A stretch of DNA of 30,033 nt from Macrostomum lignano (lineage: Eukaryota): positions 1-30,033 of the forward strand of contig NIVC01004961.1 in the NCBI GenBank assembly GCA_002269645.1, written 5' to 3'. The position numbers were made by a program, and so were the translations under genes. The notes beneath the pieces are model-generated. The model was not told where the DNA came from. It saw nothing but the letters and a program-made list of their open reading frames with translations, and did no database searches. Numbering within the stretch: the stretch's first letter is position 1; every line of letters starts with the position of its first letter. Of the stretch, positions 23,223 through 30,033 are shown in pieces.

Positions 23223-23660
23223 TACAGCCTTGGTCGCCTCCTCCAACATGCTCGCCTTCAGGCCGACAATTCAAAGGAGCCGCCTTCGCCGGCAGTCCCT
23301 GCGCCTGCCTGTCCCACATTCGGGCCGTCCAACGTACGCGGCAGCAGCCTCCGGCCCGGCCAGTCGCTGCGCTGGTGCGCATGCGGCCTCAGCCAATCGC
23401 AGCCCTGGTGCGACGGGTCTCACAGGCGGGCGCCGCCAGGGTACAAGCCCTTAGCCTGGACTGTGCCTGATAAGCCGCAGGCTCTCTACCAGCTTTGCAA
23501 TTGCAAGTACACGAAGAGCCCACCGCTGTGCGACGGCAGTCATACCAATCTGCCTTGCCAACTGATGGCTAAACAGGCCGATTGCAAAGACAAATCTAAT
23601 CACGCACAAGATTTAACATTGTGCAGCAGTTGCGGCTGGTGTCCAAAGTTTCAGTTCTGA
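23223..23660 (+). CDS. CISD3: CDGSH iron-sulfur domain protein 3 (MiNT/Miner2-type, two CDGSH 2Fe-2S motifs); no in-frame ATG
   Basis: Frame open from the acceptor at 23221-23222: YSLGRLLQHARLQ..LRPGQSLRWCACGLSQSQPWCDGSH..QLCNCKYTKSPPLCDGSH..CGWCPKFQF*. Two tandem CDGSH motifs and no TM helix define the CISD3 class. First in-frame ATG (23565) lies after both motifs. Confidence 0.92.
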   Translation, partial: YSLGRLLQHARLQADNSKEPPSPAVPAPACPTFGPSNVRGSSLRPGQSLRWCACGLSQSQPWCDGSHRRAPPGYKPLAWTVPDKPQALYQLCNCKYTKSPPLCDGSHTNLPCQLMAKQADCKDKSNHAQDLTLCSSCGWCPKFQF

Positions 23661-23714
23661 TGCGTAGCGGTGTAGCAGTATTTTTGTCTCTGATTTGCAC
23701 AGAATAATGGAGTA

Positions 23715-24465
23715 GGGAGAGCAGAGAAAAGAGAGGGGAGCCGAGGGAAGAGAGGGAGCAGAGAGAAGAGAAGGGAGGCAGAGGAAAGAGAGGGGAGCGG
23801 AAGGAAGAGAAGGGAGGCAGAGGAAAGAGAGGGGAGCAGAGAGAAGAGAAGGGAGCAGAGGGAAGAGAGGGGAGCAGAGAGAAGAGAAGGGAGCAGAGGA
23901 AAGAGAAGGGAGGCAGAGGAAAGAGAGGGGAGCGGAAGGAAGAGAAGGGAGGCAGAGGAAAGAGAGGGGAGCAGAGAGAAGAGAAGGGAGCAGAGGGAAG
24001 AGAGGGGAGCAGAGAGAAGAGAGGGAGCAGAGAGAAGAGAAGGGAGCAGAGGAAAGAGAGGGGAGCAGAGGGAAGAGAGGGGAGCAGAGGGAAGAGAGGG
24101 AGCAGAGAGAAGAGAGGGGAGCAGAGAGAAGAGAAGGGAGCAGAGGGAAGAGAGGGAGCAGAGAGAAGAGAAGGGAGCAGAGGGAAGAGAGGGAGCAGAG
24201 AGAAGAGAGGGGAGCAGAGAGAAGAGAGGGGAGCAGAGGGAAGAGAGGGAGCAGAGAGAAGAGAGGGGAGCAGAGAGAAGAGAAGGGAGCAGAGGGAAGA
24301 GAGGGAGCAGAGAGAAGAGAAGGGAGCAGAGGGAAGAGAGGGAGCAGAGGAAGAGCAGAGAGGGAGCAGAGAGAAGAGAAGGGAGCAGAGGGAAGAGAGG
24401 GAGCAGAGGAAAGAGAGGGGAGCGGAAGGAAGAGAAGGGAGCAGAGGCAAGAGAGGGGAGCAGAT
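23715..24465 (+). repeat. Polypurine minisatellite (GGGAGCAGAGAGAAGAGA / GGGAGCAGAGGGAAGAGA variants)
   Basis: About 750 nt, almost T-free on the + strand; ~17-21-bp units. Confidence 0.97.
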
Positions 24466-24846
24466 GGTTCTGAAAGCCTGTGAAGCCCTGATCATAATCC
24501 CATTTAGCAATAACTCGAACGAGATCCAGATGTCCTAATCCAGAAAAGAGCAATTCAAATTTAATGCTGATTCAAATTCAGTACCTTTGCTATAATGAAA
24601 CGATTTTATGAGGTTTGTTTTCATTAATAATTCAATAAAATATGGTGCCTTTACACAGATTTGATTTACAATTGCTTATATCGAATTCAGACTTTAAGCC
24701 TCTTAATAATTTCTGATAGTTTGTTAGCGATTTATAACCTGGAACTTGATTTATGAGTAAGGCTAAAGTGTTAGTTACATGACTCATCAATGCGAGCATA
24801 TTTTAGTAACATTAGTGCACGTGCACTATGACACACCTGTCCATAG

Positions 24847-26253
24847 GCTACCGGATTAAGCGGCGGCATTGTCCGCCTGTCTCGCCGATCAGTTAACGCA
24901 GGCCAAAGCGTTTCCCGCGTGGCAATTCGTCTGCTATCGTCTGGCAGTCAGCAGCAACAACAACAGCAGGAGCAACAGCAGCAGTCTCGGCCGCCGCTTC
25001 ATCGCGACCAGAGCTCGCCCAGCTTCTTGGCCGAATTGCCAGCCTGGATTTGGCCAAGCTGACGCCGGAGACTCGGGCCCTGCTAGATCGGATCGTTCGA
25101 GTTGATCATGCTGGTGATTTAAACAGTTTGCTGCTTGTGTGTATTTGTGCAACTTTATCGATTCCTATAATGGTCGCAATCTGCAGTTCACAGTTATATT
25201 CCGCCATTTATTAATGCATTTATAACTATTGACATGATTAATTGAAACTAGATAAATCCGTCCCTACATGTAGTTTCAATAAATCCACCTCTGACTTAGA
25301 TAAATCCGCCCCTGTTTTAGATAAATCCGCCCCTGGTTTATATAAATCCGCCCCTGGTTTAGATAAACCTGCCTCTGGTTTAAATAAATCCGCCCCTGGT
25401 TTAGATAAACCTGCCCCTAGTTTAGATAAATCCGCCCCTGGTTTATATAAACCTGCCCCTAGTTTAGATAAATCCACCCCTGGTTTAAATAAAACTGCCT
25501 CTAGTTTAGATAAATCCGACCCTGGTTTGGATAAATCCGATCCTGGTTTAGATAAATCCGCCCATAGTTTAAATAAATTAGCCTCGATTCCCTGTAAATC
25601 CGCCCCTAGATTAAATAAATCTGCCCCTAGTTTGCATCAATCCGCCCCTGCTGTACATGTTCTCAGTTAAATCTCCCTCTAGTTCGAACAGATCCACCTG
25701 CACCCCAGAGAAACCCGCTACCAGTTCCGATAGATCTGCTCCTATTTCAGTTAAATCCGCCTCAACTTCCGCAGGCGAATTCGGCGCCGACCGGATCTAC
25801 GCCGGCCAGCTAGCTGTGCTGGGCGGCACCCCAACAGGCCCGCTGATCCGCCACATGCACGAGCAGGAGCAGGACCATCTGGCCGCGTTCGAAGCCCTCA
25901 TCCCGGCGTTGCGCGCCCGGCCCACCGTGCTGATGCCGTTCTGGCGTGTGGCCGGCTTCGCTTTGGGCGCCGGCACCGCTTTAATTGGCAAAGAGGCCGC
26001 CATGGCCTGCACTGTGGCTGTTGAAGCCGAGATTCAGGAACACTACAATGCTCAGCTGCGCAGCCTGCTAGCCGATAATCCCGAGCTACACGCCGACTTA
26101 ATGCGGGTCATCGCTCGATTCCGCGACGAGGAGGCCGAGCATCACGACACTGGACTACGCGAGGACGCTGAGTCTGCGCCCGCTTATCCGGCTTTGTCCG
26201 CCGCCATTCGAGCTGGCTGTCGGGTTGCCATCTTCTTGTCGGAGCGGATCTGA
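24847..26253 (+). CDS. COQ7: 5-demethoxyubiquinone hydroxylase COQ7/CLK-1; 2 exons, 5' end uncertain (24847 or 24948), no ATG
   Basis: Exon ending LLDRIVRVDHA-G at 25113 (GT 25114, phase 1) joins exon 25775-26253 to give HAGEFGADRIYAGQLAVLG..HMHEQEQDHL..RPTVLMPFWRVAGFALGAGTALIGKEAAMACTVAVEAEIQEHYNAQLR..FRDEEAEHHDTG..AIFLSERI*, with the COQ7 di-iron E/H ligands. Confidence 0.95.
25250..25740 (+). repeat. 21-bp minisatellite (TTAGATAAATCCGCCCCTGGT) filling the COQ7 intron
   Basis: About 19 close copies, then decay toward the acceptor; explains the LDKSAP ORF. Confidence 0.95.
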
Positions 26254-26263
26254 ACTAATTCAC

Positions 26264-26269
26264 AATAAA
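26264..26269 (+). promoter_or_regulatory. Candidate polyadenylation signal for COQ7
   Basis: AATAAA (in AATAAATAAA) about 10 nt after the stop codon. Confidence 0.55.
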
Positions 26270-26934
26270 TAAATTCGCAAAAGATATTGGTAAATAGCCT
26301 TAGAACGATAAAATGCCATAGAAATGCCGGGGAAATTCCATGGAAATGCCGAGGGAATTCCAGAAATTCCAAAAATATCCGCAGAAATTCCAAGAAAATT
26401 GATTTTTTCAAAACCCCACAGATATGCCATTAAAAATCACACGTTTCGTTTACCCAGTTACATGTTGTAGAGAAAGAGTTGTAGTCCAGTGGGTTCGGAG
26501 TCGAACGGTCTAAATTTGCTCCTTGAATATTTGAATCCTTGAATATTTGGCTATATTTTGTTAACTTACAAGTAGGTATTCCTGTGTAAGCAAACTGACC
26601 CACAATAATGAAACCTTTGCTTAGCTTAAACTTAGTTCAAACCGGAAAGTCACCCAGTGCTTTTTATTTGAATTTCTATCTGACTGTTAACCATCTGCTT
26701 TTCTTCGAAGCATTTTGAACAGTTTTGAAATTGTACTTCATTTTCAATAGCTTTGTTATCAGGCTTGTCATAGCCTGATGCTTAAATATACAAATATTAA
26801 TCTGCAAAGGAGTTGTTTATTAAATCGTATTTTTCATTTTCAATTTTGTATCAACAAGAAATAATCTGTCAACATCTAGAATGACGCTCAAACTCCCTCT
26901 AGAATCTCATTCAATCGCCTTAATAGAGAATAGC

Positions 26935-27500
26935 CCTCAATGTCCTTTGATAATCGCCCTCGATCTCCTTTGATAATCGCCCTCAATCTTCATTGATAAT
27001 CGCCCTTAATCTCCATTGATTAATCGCCCTCAATCTCCATTGATTAATCGCTCTCAATCTCCATTGATAATCGCCCTCAATCTCCATTGATAATCGCCCT
27101 CAATCTCCATTGATAATCGCCCTCAATCTCCATTGATAATCGCCCTCAATCTCCATTGATAATCGCCCTCAATCTCCATTGATAATCGCCCTCAATCTCC
27201 ATTGATAATCGCCCTCAATCTCCATTGATAATCGCCCTCAATCTCCATTGATAATCGCCCTCAATCTCCATTGATAATCGCCCTCAATCTCCATTGATAA
27301 TCGCCCTCAATCTCCATTGAGAATCGCCCTCAATCTCCATTGATAATCGCCCTCAATCTCCATTGATAATCGCCCTCAATCTCCATTGATAATCGCCCTC
27401 AATCTCCATTGATAATCGCCCTCGATCTCCATTGATAATCGCCCTCAATCTCCATTGAGAATCGCCCTCGATCTCCATTGATAATTCCCCTGGATCTCCT
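26935..27500 (+). repeat. 23-bp minisatellite AATCTCCATTGATAATCGCCCTC, about 24 copies
   Basis: Near-perfect core at 27060-27420 with degenerate edges; no spacers. Confidence 0.98.
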
Positions 27501-27548
27501 TTGAAACAGCAAAACATAAGTAAATATTCCAGCAGTTTCAGCAGTTGA

Positions 27549-28458
27549 ATGCGGTGCACCAGACAGATCAGCAGCGGCTGTGTGGCCGAACTTGTCAGCG
27601 GTCTGGCTAACTCGGACATCATTCGCAAAGAGAAGCACATTCTTGTTGGGTACGCAATAAAAATCTAACAGTTATATAAAATGTCAAGTTTCTATCCCCG
27701 CTTGCTAGCTAATGCGATGATCATTGCAGACGGTTAAAACAATTCCCAGCAGCTGAGGTTCAGTCGCACTGCCAACAGTTGCTATGCAGCAATGCGAGCT
27801 TAGAGACGCTCGTGTCCGCGTTCGAGTACCTGTTGCAAGGAAATTTCGGTCAGTACTATTAATTAGTATTGCTTATATGGCTAGCCCATCCTGTGCTTGG
27901 TCACAAAGAAAATTAGCATACTGACCACAATGACAGATATGGAGATATGGAGACGCTAAGAAAGGCTTGAACTTTGATATCCCAGCAACTCTCCGTTAAT
28001 CCTCACTGTCATCATCTCGGCATCGGGTGTGGAGCCCTTTGGATTGGGGCGGAGCAGCTCCGCGGTTCCCCTGGTTCGATTCCACGCCCATTTACACCCA
28101 TGAATGCCAGCCCCCATGGCGCAGAGTACATACCCAGATAAATGCTGGCACCCATTTTTATAGCTGGGTGAACTAAAGCAACCAGAGTTACCATGGTAAG
28201 TGTCTTGCTCAAGGACACAAATAGTTCCAGTGGGATCGGGAATTGAACCCCCGACCTTCAAGTCGTGAGTCTGCAACTGCAACCCCATGTAAACAGTATA
28301 TAAGTATTTGTGGAGTCTTAGCATTCTTCATTGGGTTGTACTAACTGGAGACAGCCCGTATCCATTATCATCGACACTTAAATATCGTTGTTTTTAGGCT
28401 TGCCCGATACTTTCTGTCACAAACTGCTGGATAAAACTGTAATAGACATTTCTCATAG
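27549..28458 (+). CDS. Unidentified protein-coding gene, first three exons (continues beyond the window)
   Basis: Exons 27549-27649 (GTACGC, phase 2), 27730-27848 (tgcag| ..|GTCAGT, phase 1), 28398-28458 (tttttag| ..|GTAAGT, phase 2) splice into one open frame: MRCTRQISSGCVAELVSGLANSDIIRKEKHILVGRLKQFPAAEVQSHCQQLLCSNASLETLVSAFEYLLQGNFGLPDTFCHKLLDKTVIDISH. Confidence 0.7.
27950..28300 (-). mobile_element. tRNA-derived SINE, antisense in intron 2 of the unidentified gene
   Basis: Minus strand B-box GGTTCAATTCC (28249-28239), then GTGTCCTTGAGCAAGACACTT and GTTCACCCAGCTATAAAAATGGGTGCC, resembling conserved central domains of widespread metazoan SINE superfamilies. Ends approximate. Confidence 0.7.
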
Positions 28459-28544
28459 GTAAGTTCATAAAAATCTTATTTTGTATATATTAAAGCTTGT
28501 AAAAGGGTAGAAAATGGTTAATAGGGAATAAATAAGGAATAATA

Positions 28545-30033
28545 GGGAAGAAGGGGAAGCAGAGGGAAGAAAGGGAATCAGAAGGAAGAAAGAGGATCAG
28601 AAGGAAGAAAGGGGATCAGAAGGAAGAAAGAGGATCAGAAGGAAGAAAGAGGATCAGAAGGAAGAAAGGGGATCAGAAGAAAGAAAGGGGATCAAGAGAA
28701 GAAAGGGGATCAAAGGGAAGAACGGGGATCAGAAGGAAGAACGGGGATCAAAGGGAAGAAAAGGGATCAAAGGGAAGAAAGGGGATCAAAGGGAAGAAAG
28801 GGGATCAAAGAGAAAAAAGTGGATCAAAGGGAAGAACGGGGATCAGAAGGAAGAAGGGGGGATCAAAGGGAAGAAAAGGGATCAAAGGGAAGAAAGGGAT
28901 CAAAGGAAGAAAGGGGATCAAAGGGAAGAAAGGGGATCAGAAGGAAGAAGGGGGATCAAAGGGATAAAAAGGAATCAAAAGAAAAAGAAAGGGGATCAAA
29001 GGGAAGAAAGGGGATCAAAGAGAAAAAAGTGGATCAAAGGGAAGAACGGGGATCAGAAGGAAGAAGGGGATCAAAGGGAAGAAAAGGGATCAAAGGAAAG
29101 AAAGGGGATCAGAAGGAAGAAAGGGGATCAGAAGGAGGAAAGGGGATCAGAAAGAAGAAGGGAGATCAAAGGAAAGAAAGGGGATCAAAAGAGAGGAAAG
29201 GGGATCAAAGGGAAATAACGGGGATCAGAAGGAAGAAGGGGGATCAAAGGGAAGAAAGGGATCAAAGAGAGGAAAGGGGATCAAAGGGAATAACGGGGAT
29301 CAGAAGGAAGAAGGGGATCAAAGGGAAGAAAGGGATCAAAGGGAAGAAAGGGGATCAAAGGGGAGAAAGGGAAGAAAAGGGATCAAAGGGAAGAAAGGGG
29401 ATCAGAAGGAAGAAGGGGGATCAAAGGGAAGAAAAGGGATCAAAGAGAAGAAGGGGATCAAAGGGATAACGGGGATCAGAAGGAAGAAGGGGGATCAAAG
29501 GAAGAAAAGGGATCAAAAGGGAAGAAAGGGGATCAAAGGGGAGAAAGGGAAGAAAAGGGATCAAAGGGAAGAAAGGGGATCAAAGGGGAGAAAGGGAAGA
29601 AAAGGGATCAAAGGGAAGAAAGGGGATCAAAGGGAAGAAAGGGGATCAAAGGGGAGAAAGGGAAGAAAAGGGATCAAAGGGAAGAAAGGGGATCAAAGGG
29701 GAGAAAGGGAAGAAAAGGGATCAAAGGAAGAAAGGGGATCAAAGGGAGAAAGGGAAGAAAGGGGATCAAAGGGGAGAAAGGGAAGAAAGGGGATCAAAGG
29801 GAGAAAGGGAAGAAAAGGGATCAAGGGAAGAAAGCGGATCAAAGGGAAGAAAGCGGATCAGAAGGAGGAAAGGGGATCAAAGGGAAGAAAGGGGATCAAA
29901 GGGAAGAAAAGGGATCAAAGGGAAGAGAAAAGGGATCAAAGGAAGAAAGGGGGATCAAAGGGAAGAAAGGGGATCAGAAGGAAGAAATGGGATCAGAGGG
30001 AAGAACGGAGGGGATTAGAAGGAAGAAAGCTTG
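28545..30033 (+). repeat. Purine-rich ~19-21-bp minisatellite GGGATCAAAGGGAAGAAAG, runs to the window end
   Basis: About 75 units; pyrimidines almost confined to the GATC core; lies in intron 3 of the unidentified gene. Confidence 0.98.

Noticed and set aside
23596-24553. ~300-aa Leu/Ser/Pro ORFs on the minus strand
   Set aside because: Antisense read of the polypurine array; stop-free only because of base composition.
25238-25770. LDKSAP repeat ORF and the first ~40 aa of ORF 25657-26253
   Set aside because: Inside the COQ7 intron defined by GT 25114 and AG 25773-25774.
26935-27500. CRISPR-like appearance of the 23-bp repeats (also the ~58-bp array at 22446-23140)
   Set aside because: Units are contiguous with no unique spacers, no cas genes, eukaryotic context.
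28819-29469. 216-aa Lys/Arg/Gly/Glu-rich ORF
   Set aside because: Purine-rich minisatellite in an intron; composition artefact.

Overview
Eukaryotic (animal) genomic DNA with GC-rich exons, AT-rich introns and dense minisatellites. The style suggests a free-living flatworm such as Macrostomum (inference only). Left third (1-~10.6 kb) is transposon debris: a mariner 5' end sitting at the tail of a decayed, internally deleted Ty3/Gypsy element, then two head-to-tail non-autonomous Helitron-like elements full of tandem repeats. The rest is five co-oriented + strand genes about 1.2-1.4 kb apart: WDR75/UTP17, NPRL2 (a near-intact 5'-truncated RTE-type LINE lies in a satellite in intron 2), CISD3, COQ7, and the first three exons of an unidentified gene absent from the ORF track. 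Best signal: CISD3 and COQ7 have no usable ATG of their own, and their reading frames open in phase 0 directly after 3' splice acceptors. This is what is expected if a trans-spliced leader ending in AUG (known in flatworms) supplies the start codon within an operon. WDR75 instead has an SL-3'-end-like sequence in the genome at its ATG. NPRL2 and WDR75 each show a 1-nt frame break at a G-run, most simply an assembly indel. All protein identifications are from remembered motifs, not database searches.
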